Numbered from the stretch's first letter, positions 37,353-50,719 are shown. The stretch: 64,000 nt of DNA from Lepidodermella squamata (GCA_047495785.1 JBLDXI010000013.1:372001-436000), one strand, 5' to 3'. The notes: generated from the sequence alone by a model not told the origin. Numbers and translations: made by a program.

Positions 37353-37951
37353 CTGCTGCTACCCCGACTATTTTCACACGAATCAACTGAAAGACGATGA
37401 AGAATTTCATGTGTGCTTTTTCCTGCTGTATGATCTAAGTGATTCGTGCATCGACAGGTTGAGGTAAACACATCGTCGTTGCTGCTAGTTTTCGATGCGA
37501 AGACTGAAGACGGAGACATTTGCGCTAGGGAGGAAGCTAGGCTCAGTGCGCTCAGCTGACTGCTGGAAGCACTGTGAGGGAGCGTCGCCAGAGCGCCAAC
37601 TTTGGCCCGAACTCGGCCGACCGCCTTGGAAGAAACACTGCGTTTGGTGATAGCCCGGCCGTCTCGTAGCCGGTTTTGGCGGCTGAATACGCCCTGGAGG
37701 CAACCATTTCTATCTTCGTCATCGCTACTCTGTCGATCGTCGCAGTCTTCGTCGTCGCAAATTAAATTAGGCCGGGTTATCAAGAAGGCGATAGATGCTA
37801 CCTGCTCGCACATGGCAGAGGTAGCTGACATGGTTTGTGCAACAGGTTGATGGCGGGGTGACGGTCCAGCGTTAGGGCTGTGATGCAGTAATCGAGGGCT
37901 CTTGACGCGCCAAGTAGCCGCAGAATTCTGATTTTTAGGCCTCGACGTCAT
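37353..37951 (-). CDS. Ser/Arg-rich coding exon, probably an alternative first exon of the cytosolic CA gene
   Basis: The 200-codon ORF has its stop overlapping an AG|GTAAAA donor (phase 2), which is in frame with the acceptor 37 nt upstream of the CA ATG. A TATA-like element lies about 40 nt upstream of this ATG. Confidence 0.55.
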
Positions 37952-39453
37952 CGTAAGAGCTAGAATACGCCGATGAAACCCGCAAAGGCACTATATATAT
38001 TTCGCACCTAATCACTACATCACTAAAGACGTATATAGGTAGCGCATTTCTTCTCTGAGCGAGTCGGTTTTCACTTGATCGCCTCATTTTTTTTTACAAA
38101 ATACTCAGTATAATGCCCGAATGTGTGAATTAGTCGGTGAAAAAAATCGATACATCAAGACACTCGAAATTATTAGCCAAAATGATTAAAATGCCGTGAG
38201 AATGACGAGTAACTGGATACTCAATTTAGCAATAGATTAACACAAACCTGATAGACATATCGCTGCGTGCAAAGTAGTTTTTCCCAGTATTCAATAGTTC
38301 GAGCAAGAACAAAAAGTTTTGTTGCCAACAATAATTCAAGTTACGCTTGCAATTCGATTTTTGAGATATGCTAGCGAGCGAATAAAGTCACTGAGCAAAT
38401 ACTGCGAGGCTGGCAATTTTCAATAAAACTTTGCGCGCTTTATTGTAAATATTTGCGAAAATCCGCTTTAAATTAAATTTTTTAGAAAAATCTCGAACCA
38501 CACTCACCTGAAGTCTGCCTGGGAAGTTTTTCGAAGAATCAGCTACGAACGATGATTTGTTATTGGGAAAATAAGGTACTTCCAAGCCTAAAACAATTCG
38601 AACCTGACGCCCATGTTATACCAACATTCCAGTAAAATAAGGTGTAAGAAAATAAGGAGGATTGAACCCGACTTTGATTCCTAATTTTCAGGCAATAAGC
38701 GAATTTTAAACATATTTTCGAAAACAGAGTGATCAGACATAAAAGTATCATAGGAGTGCGATTTATATAGAAAAATGATGTAAATTGTTATTGGCTTTCT
38801 AGAGGAGGATCGCGTGGTTAGCAAAAAGTTAAAGCCTTGCTGCGGGCGCGTATTATTTATGCGAAACGGGGAAAAAATACACAAAGAAAAATAATCTGCG
38901 GCTAAAAAATGATGGGCACGGCTCGTGTGTAGTAGTATCTGCGAGGCCTTGAAAATTTGCGGCTAGTTTTTTGCGGCCCGGAAGAATTTATGAAGGGTAA
39001 AAAATAATGCGTATTGCGTATACGCAAATTGGCTCACGATGAAAGTCCAATAATATAAAAAACAAGCATAAAGATTGGGGTTCTGCGCGTAATTTGATAA
39101 TAATAAATAGTATGTGACATCAATTCAATTGAATCGATTGATTTAACCCCGATATTGTATTCGAGAGATGCTGCCATATGCCATCGATGGCTCATTGTCT
39201 ATACACGCAAAAGGTACGAAAAAATAATATGGCTACTATTGGCCATGATCCATGATCTATTAAAACTATCCCGTTATATATTGATTGTTTTGAAACTATC
39301 AAGTATATTTTAGCCAGAATAATCGATTGTAGGCAAAAAATACAATTATCTTGAAAAAAACGTAGATTGCTCCACCTAATTTCTTGTTATGTTTTACAAA
39401 TTTTCGAGTGTCTTGACGTAATTTAAGACTAACCACTTGTTCGAATTATTTTT

Positions 39454-40475
39454 TTAATGGCGAATATGAAAAATCGACCCGCTCCTCTCATCACAACAGA
39501 TGGCAAAAAACCTGTAAAAAATTAGGAAAAAATGACATTATTCCCGAGTCTAACGATCGATTATATGAATGAGTTGGATATTTGAAAAAAGTATACATTT
39601 GCGGCTAAAATGTTTGATTCTCGAAGGTTGCGGCACCCCTTTGTCTCATTTCCTGCTTTTTTTACTCATTCCGGTCTTGAGATTTTAATCGCTCAAAAAC
39701 CGCAAGACGCAATTTTGTAGCGCATTTTGGAAGAAATGGCGGATGTGTGAAAAATCAAACAAGTATTGGTACTTTTATAGTTGGGTATTCGATATACGTG
39801 GCATTATAAATTAAATGAAATTGTAGAAAAAGCTTACTTGGCAATAAAGTAGCGCCACACCAACAGCCCCACCGTCAAAGCAACGACTAGAGAAAGTACC
39901 GATAGCAAAATTATGACAATTTTGCGCCTTGACACCCTTCGTTCGGATGCGCCATCGCCTTTCGCCACAGAGTCGATGCTGCTTTTGGCTCGAATTATGA
40001 CTGGCGCCGGTTCAGGTGACATTGTTATTGCCGTAGCGAAATTCGGCGTTGCCGAGCGAGAATTCGTAGAAGCCTGAGCATTTTTGCTATAGCCAAAGAA
40101 AAAATGTTACATTTTGAATGTTGCCAAAGTAAGGATTGCATGCATGTAGTTGTCGGATGGCTGGTGAAAATTCATGAAATACTCAGGTGAACTTTTACTA
40201 CCCAAGAAATAACATCATGTGACGACATGACTACACATTTCAACAAACCGCTTCCTCAAAAAGTAACCGCCTTTTATAAAGCCTTCATCGCTTTCAGTAA
40301 TATATTTTCGGTTTCCTTTTGTCTCAAACTTCATAAATATTGGCTATATTGAAATTGCCTACCTCTGAGGTGTGACACTGATGACATTGAGCTTAGGACC
40401 GACGGTTTTCCACCACTCGCCATTCTCAGCATGGCCATCGTCGTCAATCATTGGTAATTGAATACCGTTAGCCAT
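39454..40475 (-). CDS. Small orphan protein with a C-terminal TM helix; exons 40475-40363, 40086-39838 and a tentative last exon 39511-39454
   Basis: Phase-compatible GT-AG joins give MANGIQLPMIDDDG ... RRKIVIILLSVLSLVVALTVGLLVWRYFIAK. The last exon is uncertain. Confidence 0.45.
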
Positions 40476-41443
40476 CTTAGAGTAAAGGTTGAATCTTCCA
40501 ATCAATATCCTAAGCCATTGTGGCTGAATTAGTCAGTCTCCGATATCCAAAGAAATCTGTAACGAAAGCGTTGCTTGGAAGTCTAACATTGCAATGAATA
40601 AAAAAGCTTACTTTCTCATGCTTAACTTAAGCAATTATAGGATTGATTCAATGCGATATATTCTGAAATTAGGACCTATTATAAAGGTAATAAAGGTGTT
40701 TCAGAATTATATTCATGATATTCTACCTCATGCATATTATTAGTTTATTATGCGATTTTTAGCCGTATATAGTTGTGCCTAAGAAGATCTTGCACTACAT
40801 AAATAGTCCCAAGGCTGGACCATCACATGAAGTAAGGTGGTGGCGCGTATATTAGTGCTGTCGCGAAAAACGGCCGGCGCGGTGCGCACTACACGTAAAC
40901 AACAACAAAAACATCAGAGTTTTGCTTGGTGCTTTGTAAAAAAATGCATCATGGCGAGAAAATCCAGCTTTGTTCTTGGAGAAAATCACGATGAAAACAA
41001 TCAGACTGAAAAATGCGATTATTTTTCGCTGTTTTTCAGGTGCAAATTTCACCTTCACTTATCACTCATCAATATTGAAATACAACACCCGAATCGCCAC
41101 GCTCTCTTGAGCTCGCTCAAGCAAAAGCGATACGTATTACATTTCCATGTGTCAAACTTTTTCTCATTTTCTAAAAAATGCGAAATCGACCTTGAGTTTT
41201 TTGCACCAGTTTTTCAATTTTTTGCAGCAAACTGGAACTGCCGCAATTCATTTTATTCCACGCTGAAGAGATGCCAATATCTTTCGGAATGAATAATAAT
41301 ATTGAATGGATATGAATAAGCGCAAAAATAAGGCACTATGGCTACGGGAACGCTAGGCGTCGCACTACACCTCTTGACTTTCATATAAGAGCAGCGCCTA
41401 ATAGCACACGTCGATTCAATCGTTGAAACTTTTGATGAATGAC

Positions 41444-41984
41444 ATGAATTCAGAGAAGCGCATCGTTCCGCTTCTCATTTTATGGGCGGTGCTGTTGAGC
41501 GGCAGTTCCATCGAAGCGTTAACGTGCACAGGCGGCTCCTGCACCATTTTCCCAGGAGCGGCTAACACCGTTTGCCAAGGTGTCTCATCTATCTTATCTG
41601 CTCTTGGCATACAAAGCACGCTAACCAACACCTACCCGGTGCTCTGTAATGCCAATGAAACTAAATGCGCGGTAAGAATTTGCAGTTTGAAGCCGATGAT
41701 CAAATCAGACGATTTTTTTTCAGGTGATTACGTTCAAAACGAACAACTCGAACGGCGACATTTTCTATGTGAAAACGTATCGTTGCGCGACAGACACAAC
41801 CTGTTCTTTGATCGCTCAGTCTATCGGAACATCAAACTCGACTTCAGGCGTCATCACAAACGCCTACTGCTGCAGCGACCCGAGTTGTACCGGTAGCCAC
41901 TTGGCCGCCTTTACGTGGCCTACTCTGTTATTAGTTGTCTTCCTCAGCGGCTGTTTGATTCTGAGAAATGATGTACCAACATGA
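41444..41984 (+). CDS. GPI-anchored Ly6/uPAR (three-finger) protein; exons 41444-41671 and 41724-41984
   Basis: Signal peptide ending IEA-LTC, ten cysteines ending CCSDPSC, a hydrophobic C-terminal GPI-type signal, a 52-nt intron, and TATAAG about 60 nt upstream. Confidence 0.85.
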
Positions 41985-42600
41985 AAAAAAGACACGCATT
42001 TCAATGGCCACGAGTTTTTTCATTTCGAGTTTTGTAAAACGTTCTACAAAGAGCCCGACTTCGCAGATCAAAACGGTTGTCGATGTCTCATTTTAAATAG
42101 GAATCTCAGTCACGCACGACTCATACATATAGCAGACAGGCTAATAAATACATCATCTCCGGGCTCAAAATATGAGATACATATAGAAGTCATCAGATCA
42201 TTTTGTTTGAATACAATCAATAAATTAGACGGATATTTTTTACGAGTTTTTTCTTCAAGTTATCTTCAAATTTTTATCACGTTTTCAAATTTTTCGATGA
42301 AAATACAGTCAAATAATTTCTCAAACAGGAAATCAAATCGCAAATAGAACGGAATATAGAACGGCAGATAAAAACCCAGCAATCGTTCGCAGAATTTTCC
42401 CTTTTTTACAGGACAAATTTTGAACCAAATAAATTAAAAACGGACGACCACAATGCAGTAAACAGGTCAGTGACATAAGCCAATAAACCATACAATCGAA
42501 AAAATGAGAGGCGTGTTCACGAAAAATCCATATAAAGAAACAGCAAGAAAAAGTTAAACAGTTGTTCATAGCAAACTGAACGCCCATAAATAAGCTGCCG

Positions 42601-42622
42601 AGAGGAGAGAGAGAGAGAGAGA
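42601..42622. repeat. (GA)n microsatellite in the 3' UTR of the MARF1-like gene
   Basis: agaggagagagagagagagaga read directly. Confidence 0.8.
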
Positions 42623-42656
42623 GTGATATAAAATTCATCGCAGTAAAAAAGTGTCG

Positions 42657-45600
42657 TTAAAATGCGTTGAGTTCCGAAGTAGATTGCTCGTACGATGATG
42701 AGTAGTAGTCGACAGCAGACGGGTCGACGTTCTCGTCGTCCTGCTCGAGCAACAGGTAGCCGCCCAGGCGCAGCAGGAGGGACGATTTCGGTGGCGATTT
42801 CGGCGGCGTAGCCATGAGCGCGCCGCCGATGGTGTTGTTGCGTTGCAGCAGCGGCGCAGAGGCGCGGCGTTTGTGCGCCGACGACGGCGGCACGCCGAGC
42901 AGCATGTCGGCTGGCATGCGGCGGCCGTCGAGACGCTCGAAGTCTTCGTCATCGTCGGCGTCCTTCTTCGATGAAGCATCTCCGCTGTGGGACATGATGG
43001 CGATGTTGAGCATGGACGACGATCCGCGAGTGCCGGTGATGAAAGACATGACCTCGGGCGACACGGACTGGCGGAAGAGGTTGCGCAGTTTGACGATAGA
43101 CGCCGGCGACGCCGAGTCGACCACCGACAGCATTTGCAGCCACGCCGGGCCGCTGTTTGGATCGGAGGTTGTGAGCACCTCGAGAACGTCCTCGACGCTG
43201 GCGCCCCACTCGTCGACGAGGCGGCTGACAGGCGAAGCGAAGCCAAGACCGTCGCCGGTCGCGTTGCCACCCACCGCCATTAGCGCTTGCCGAATCGAAG
43301 AGGCAGCGAGGCCGAGCGGGGTGAGTCCGATGGCGGAAGTGCTGTCACAAGACAGAATAGGCAGCGGGCCTTGGCACAACTCAATCAGCGACTCCAGCAA
43401 GAGCGGGCCGGCACCAGGTGTCGGGAACAACCGCGAGTACAGCAGCGAAAGTTCGTCGAGTGAGAAGAACAGCGTGCCGGCTGAGTGCAGGCACATGGCA
43501 AGCCACGACAAGCGGCGCAGGTGTGCTCCCGACTTGTCATGCCGGTCTGGCCGAGCGACTTCAACGACCGAAGGTGTCACGGTCGATACCTAGGCAAATT
43601 AAAATTGTTGAATAATATTGTCAAGATTGAAATTGCAGCAATTACTTGAAAGGAAAAGGGTAGCTTGCGGATCACGTCTTCACGCTTGCCGGCTGATGAG
43701 AAGCGACGGCAGCTGACAAACGCGTCGCTGGCGAATTGGTCGAGATCAAAGCGAACGGGATCGTCGGGGGATGTGCCCGGCGGTACCTGGGTCAGGAGAT
43801 CGGTAATAGCGCTTAAACGGCGGCGCTTGGCGCAGCGTTGTGAGTTGCAAGTGATCGACACGTCAGGCGTGACCGACGTGCTGGCCTCCGCAGACGGGGC
43901 GACGCGGAACGAAAACTGTTCAGCTAGCACCCATTGAGGCTGGAAGGTGAAGCCGTCGACGAACGCGAATAGTCCGAACGGGTGCTTGCCAGCACGCTCG
44001 TCCTCCTCGGCCATGCGCAACAGGTCGGCGATGCACAGCCACTGGCGACCGTCGATGTCAGCCGTCGACGAGCAACAGCCGGGGAGGGGCGGCACGGGCA
44101 GAGCAACTGACAGCGCCTGAACAGCGTGAATGCGCCGGTCAACGGCGTGGCGCCACAGCGCTGCGTAACCGGGCAGGGTCAAGCCGACGAGACGCGGGCT
44201 GCCGTCGTCGTACTCGGATCCGAGCAGGTGCAACCAGCCGAGACGTTCCAGCTCGTCAAGATCCTCAACAATGCCGTCGAAATGCGCCCGCTCCAGGCAG
44301 ACGGATCGGCAGGCGCCACTGCTAAGCGTCGGCTCGTCGACCTCGGCGACGAACATCTGAAAGACGGTCACGAAGTCGCCCGGCCAAGAGCTGTCGAGCC
44401 AAAAGTTCGACGCGTAAGCCCACTTCTCACAGTCGAGAGCGAGTGTCATGTGCCACAACGGCGCCGAGTTGCCAGCGGCGGAGTGACTCGCCTTCAGGCG
44501 CATTATCGTCACGCAAGGATGCATGCGCAGGTAAAGCTCCATGGGCGCGCCTTGAAGCTGAATGGCGAGAAAGCCGTTCCAGTCGGCGAGCGCAACAGGC
44601 AAGTCAAGCTGTGCTGTCTTGTTGAAGCAGACTCGGTCGCAGCCGGTCTTGCGCAGGTCGTTGATGATGGCCATGACGTGGAAAAGCACGCTGATGGGGC
44701 CGAGTTCGGCTGGCGGGCGATACGAGCCTCGCGCCGCCGCAACGTCGGTGATGAGTTGGCGAAAGCGGTTGACGGCTGTCTGACGGCCGATCGGCGCACT
44801 GGTCGCCGGTGACAGCGCCAGGTCGAGAAACATCTCACCATGAGTCTTGATCAGATTGATGCCCGGCGTGTCGGCAGGGGCTGGCGGCGCGGCTCCAGCG
44901 CTGGGCTGGTCGTCTTCAGTTTCCGACAACAGTGCTCGCCGCCTGAATAAGAAAAATCAGTAAAGCATTATCTATAAATAATTTTCCGTGAAATAGCAAC
45001 CTGGTGTCTTCAGCCTCACGTTCGGGCGTGTCGATGCGGGCGGCGGCTGAGGCGCGACGGCGGCCGACGATCGCCCGTGCGCAACCGGTCGACAAGTTGT
45101 TCGAATTGTTCGAATTCGAAAGCGCCGGCGTCATGTTGAACGACGACGCGTGGGACTTGAGCGACGTGTCCGGTGGCGTGGGCGATGCTGCGCCGGAGCA
45201 GTAGGCCGTGTCGGACGAGCGTGGCGTGATCATTTGGAACAACGATGGCGGCGTGGAGATTGCCGACACTTCGAAATCTACGCATAAAAACAAATGTTTT
45301 GCTCATGAAGATGGCGCACCTAGACCTATAGGTTTACATTGCTTTTTACCATCGTCGGGCGTAATCTCAACCGTTGGAATCGATGCCTGTGGTTGGCCAC
45401 TGCCGATGGTGCCGATCTGCGCCAGTGAGCTCTGTGCCGACGCGCTCGAGTGGCCCAGATTTGCTGAGTTGTTCAGACTTGCTAGAGTTGTCGATTGGCG
45501 TTGATACTGATGAGATTGCCGACGGTTGTGGTTGTAGCTATCAGGCGGCGTTTGAACCACTTCTAGCTGATGGGTCGGCTGGTATTGCTGCTGTTGCTGA

Positions 45601-46576
45601 AACGGGGGCACTGCCTTGGGCATACAGCCTCCACCGCCACCTCCCCTGTTACCACTGTTTTGTTGCTTCGCGAGCTGGTCGCGAAGTTGGCGAAGAATGT
45701 CGTCGCGTTGCGTAGGTGTCAACTCGGCGTCATCGTAGATCCACACCTTGCGGTAGCCCACCTTAACCTCGTTCGACTTGGATTTCGCCAACCGCACCTG
45801 CTCGTCGGTGGCTACCGAGAGTACGGCGTATCGGTTTCGACCGGTTGGGTCGGCTTTGTCGTGGTGGCATTCTCCATCGATTATCTACAACAACAACGAC
45901 AACAGTTAATTTCACGACTTCATGAGAGGATGTTTTAATTTTGTTTTCTAAATTAAAATATTTTTCTATGTTTGTCTTTACTAAACAGAACTATTTCTGG
46001 AAATTAAGGACTTATAGTTAATTGTACTTTTCTACGTATTTTCAACTATCAAGATTAAGACTAATTAATTTAATTAAGCAAATCAAGCTATTAAGGTGGA
46101 ATAAGCCGAAGGAGATATTTTATTAGAAAATTACCTCGATGCCGTGTTTTTCGAGCTGTTTTCGCAAAACAGGCACGTACTCTGCCTGTTTCATGGCGTA
46201 GTCAAGGTTAGCAATGAAAATTCTTGGCATGCTGCCTAGAGGCTGGTTCACTGCTGGTGTTGAAAGCGAGCGGTTTAGAGTCGGCGATGTTGTGCCCAAG
46301 TTGTTGGCCATTCGCCGGTTCGAGCTGCCGTTGTTTTGGCTGCCGCTTTGGCCATTTGCGGCCATTTGCATTGAGATCGAATTGTTGGCGCTGTTATCCG
46401 CGATCATGTACGAATGTCCTTCATTGCCCTGTGTCAGTGAAGCTTCATAAGACGTCATCTGGATTAATTGCTGTGATTCTAAATTAAAAAAAATAGGTTA
46501 GGTCGATTTTGAAGTTTGAGAAATGGGAATCTTTACCAGATTCTCGGAACGATGGTGGTCGGGAAGAACGACGCAT
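42657..46576 (-). CDS. 1151-aa RRM plus LOTUS/OST-HTH-like protein (MARF1/limkain-b1-like, no NYN domain); exons 46576-46537, 46478-46135, 45884-45320, 45277-45001, 44942-43646, 43589-42657
   Basis: Six exons sum to 3456 nt in one open frame. RIFIANLDYAMKQAEYVPVLRKQLEKHG ... YAVLSVATDEQVRLAKSKSNEVKVGYRKVWI resembles the second RRM of MARF1. Segments such as GDFVTVFQMFV..HFDGIVEDLDEL..LHLL..LVGLT and SLDELSLLYSRLF..LLESLIEL..IGLT resemble LOTUS repeats. The gene model is firm; the family call is by eye. Confidence 0.65.
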
Positions 46577-48117
46577 TTGAATGAACACTGAACGAAGGGC
46601 GCCTCGATTGCGTGGGTTGGCCGGCGCTCACTACTTCTTTACTGATGTTTGCAGAGTCGAATTATATCAAATTCAAGTTAGAAAATTGGAGACACAAAAA
46701 TAAGTAAGTAAAGAGTTCGAAGTAAAGTTACGAAGTGAGCGTACTTCCTGACGAAGCCATATTTCTAGTGTTAAAAAATCCGATGTGGTCGGCCTTCTGA
46801 AAGTTAAGCAGCTTTTAATTGTTTTTAAATCTCGCGCCTCCGTTCTGCTACCAGGCAGCACGCCAGTTGTTGGCGCGCGTGCGGCCAGTGACAAACGCTC
46901 GTGCCGTTTCGCAACAACTCGACATCCGGTGGTCGTCTTGCTAAACTTGCCATGGACTCCACCGCTTTCTATTATAAAACACTAAACCCAGATGGTTGTA
47001 ATCTTTATTGACTAGAAATAAGACAAAAAATCCAATAATGGCTGCTGTCTAGAACTGTTCCGGAACCGCCATTTCTCTCCTTCTAACCCAATTAAAAGTC
47101 ACAGCAGAATCATTTCATTTGCCTAACATTTGATTCCCTTTTTGAATATTTGAGACAACCCAAGAAAAGGTACTCAATTGACATTTCGTTTTGATAAAAA
47201 AGCAACAGTTGGTTCCTGTCTACTGTTACGCAAAACTCCTATTTATTATTTGATCCACGAAAAACGTTGATTCTTTTTCTCTTCTCATTTAAATTCGAAA
47301 TTCGGCCTCTCTGCTGAACAGAATAATTCAGGTTGGAAATTCTGCTAGAAAATCATCTGCCTGTAACCTGTCACCTGTTGGCCGAAAGTTGAACCTTCGG
47401 ATGACAACACGGATGAAAGCGAACGGTATATAAACGACCTAGGCACAATAATAGCTGGCCGTTTCGAAGTTATTTCTGCAATTTCGTATTTGTGGCATTT
47501 CAGTTTAACTTTTCGAGCTTGGCAAAAGCTATATCATCGGTCCATTCGCTTTTATCATGAGTTTCAGAGTGAACGGCATAGTGGTTCTAATATAGGTATG
47601 CAGTGGGACAAAGAGTCATGATCTGACGGGATCGGCATCTCGATAGCTTGATCCGTTGCTATCAGTTGCATGATAGTTTTCTGCTCCCCCCAAGAAAGAA
47701 TTTCCTCCTGCAAGCCGATATTTCCAGCTTTCTTTTCCAACTTTAAACGATTCACCAATAAACATAGTATGAATCAACCGATAACTAAAGGACATAATAC
47801 TTCGCCCTATCTCGCGTAAAATACATGCAACAATTTACTTGAGAGTTTCGTCCGCAACCTTTCGATGTGACCCTCGGAAGTTGAAAAAAATCAGGCATTC
47901 TCAAATTCTGGTTTTATTGACGCATTACGAAACAGTAAGATCAATGTCGTCCATGGACCACTCAATTGCATTCAACAGAGGATGTATACAAGCAGACTGC
48001 ATGAAAGCACGTCGTCCTCTCGATTTGTTTCTTTGTTTTTTTTCGACAGAACAGGCAACGACAAAAATTAAATACTACATAAGTTCCAACTTGGATAGTA
48101 ACAACAAATTTTTACGA

Positions 48118-49354
48118 TCAATCACGGCCTAGCATATGACCGCGGCCCCATTGATGGCCGCCCCGCTGTTGAGCAGCTGCCTCATCTTGACGGTAGCGGT
48201 AGGCCGGTGGTACACCAAAACCAGCAACGCCGCCTTGGCGATTGGGTAGATACCGCAAGAGAATCGATGGTGTTTGCAGGAAATCGGTACCGCCGTAGTC
48301 GACCGGGTAACGGTACTTCAAGAAATAGTAGACATGGCCGACCAGGATGCCGACGATCTCGACAAATCCACTAGATACAACAAGATCGAATGTAGTTGGT
48401 TGTAAAATGGACTCTGTTGAGACTGGGAGAGATGGTTGCGCATGAGAAGAAGAGAAGGCAGATAACAGAGGATCTGGAGGCGTGTCATCCCGCTCAAAGC
48501 GAGGTAAAGGCATTTCTACCTGAATCCGCGAGTGCCTGCAAAAGCGACGCGTGTCGCCAAAACGAGCGGCAAAGCAAGTTAATAACTCAAGCAAGTTCAA
48601 AGATAATGCCAACAGGGTCAGAGTGTCAAGTCACTGAAGGGAAGTGCGCACGAAGGATCTCAAACAACAACTTACCCGCCACGCAGGATCAAATTGAAAG
48701 CCAGCAGAATCCAAGGCAAGTACATAGCTTTGAATTGGGTGCCAAACCAAAACTGCACTATCGTCTCCTTGTTGACTTGACACCAAATGTAGAGCACGGA
48801 ATATACAAGAGGCTCCATCAAGAGCTAAAACGAAGACATTGAAATGAATCGTCTGGGTTAAATCTTTGTAATAACTTACCGGAATTGAGGCGAAAACTGA
48901 TATAACGAGCAGAACGACCCAATTGACCAGCAGCAAAAACAAGAAGTCGGCTCGACGGCCATCAAACATACCTGAATCAAAATTACTGTTAAGTTAATGC
49001 CTCAATCGCAGCAACAAAATTAATACCAGTCTCGAGTCGAGTTGAGTACGAATATAAAAAATACAGCGTCATCAAATAATGAAAACCGGTCATTGGCGTG
49101 ATTGGATAGTAGAAAACGGCTGTAATTGGTCTCCATATCTATGTAATAGGTAAGATAGCAAACGGCAATGCTCACAAATGCTGTAAAAATCAACGCACCT
49201 GAAAGTACCGGATGACCAGGTCCCAGCTCAACAGCATGTAGGCCGCACTGACCAATCCAAACCTTCCCAACAGAGGCAAAACCAGCGAGCCGGTGAACCA
49301 ATAGCGGGATATCAGTGGTATCGACCGATACCAGTCTCCCAAGTCGTTCGCCAT
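48118..49354 (-). CDS. DERL1: Derlin-1 (ERAD rhomboid pseudoprotease), 5 exons
   Basis: MANDLGDWYRSIPLISRYWF, YSTRLET, FDGRRADFLF, GILVGHVYYFL.YRYP.DYGG.DFLQTP and C-terminal SHP box HQWGRGHMLG. Confidence 0.95.
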
Positions 49355-50719
49355 GCGTCTTTCAAAATCACTCTAAGCCAATAATAAAAATTCAGTTAAA
49401 ACAAAGGTAACGGAAGGTTTCAGCCTCGATTGCAGTGCCCCTTTTCACCCTGAGAAAAGCTCCAATGTGTGGTATTGAGCATATGCAATTTACGGCGGCA
49501 GCATTTCGCTAACGGCTAGCGGCGTGGTATAAAGTTTGATGTGACGGTGACTATTTCACCTAAACGCTAAACGAAACTAAGTCCACAGTCCATATAGGCT
49601 AGGTTCTTATTTTCGCAGATCGCCTATGAAAAGAGCCAGAGACCAAAGGAAACATAGGTGGTGTGTGGTGTCTGAATTGAATGACGGGGAAAATCCTGGA
49701 CTCTTCTGCTGACGGCTGCTGACTCATGTAACCCTGCTGACTTTTTTTTACATGGTATGGAATGAACGCCACGGACAATTGAAACTAACTTCCAAGTTTT
49801 AAACGCTCGATGAATGTTTCTCAGTTCTCAGAGATGAACCGCGTTAAAGGGTCAAAGCTGCGAGAAAACGACTCGGTTTGAAACCGCAACGTCAGCATTA
49901 AAATTAAAATTCGGTGAACATTGTTTCTTGGTCATTTTTAAATACTAAATTTAATACTAAAACTAATAATTTATATTAATTTTATAAGATAAAAACTATT
50001 ATTGTCAAATGTTAACCGCATGTTTTTGCAATATGCGAAAGTGCGAATGAAACCCAAAAGTCAACCGTCGCAATTGAAGTGTGCTAGCGATTTTTGCCCT
50101 AACTCTATCTTCCCAGCCGCTTGAAAAGGCAACAGCTGACATACTCATTATTGCACAACCATGTATAAACAACCATGCAATTTTTGAATGATCGCGAAGA
50201 TAGAGATGCGGCCGAAATCGTTTGCCAATTTTCCCCCAATCGCGTACCACTCTCGCCGAGATCTCATGTGATCTTATTCACGACAAACCTACCAACTTGT
50301 TTACTTCGGGGATTGTTGAGCAAGATAAAAAAAACCAGAATGCCCTCAGAACTCATGCGTCTCGATATTCTTGCCTTGCCCTGAGAGGCAAGTCCAAGTC
50401 AGGTCCACACTGTTCTTATCAATTAACCATGTTCCGAAGTTCCTTTATATAGCTGAAACATTTTGATATAATATCTTGAATTGACGAATTTCGAACGTTC
50501 GAATGGGTGGATGGAAGATTAACAGTATTTTGATTGCAAGAATTACTTCTGAAGCTTTCTCGCATGAACCTCGCGTTGGATATTCTTCACAAACTAAATG
50601 AAAGCTAGTGTGGACGTACACAATTTATTTTCTCTCCCTTTCTCTAAAAGGATGAGTTTCCTCCATAAAACACATAAAAAAGATGCCAATATTGGGTATT
50701 TCATGCGATGATTCAATCT

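Noticed and set aside
42814-44812. Long plus-strand ORFs of 259 aa and 228 aa
   Set aside because: Antisense shadows of GC-rich exons of the MARF1-like gene.
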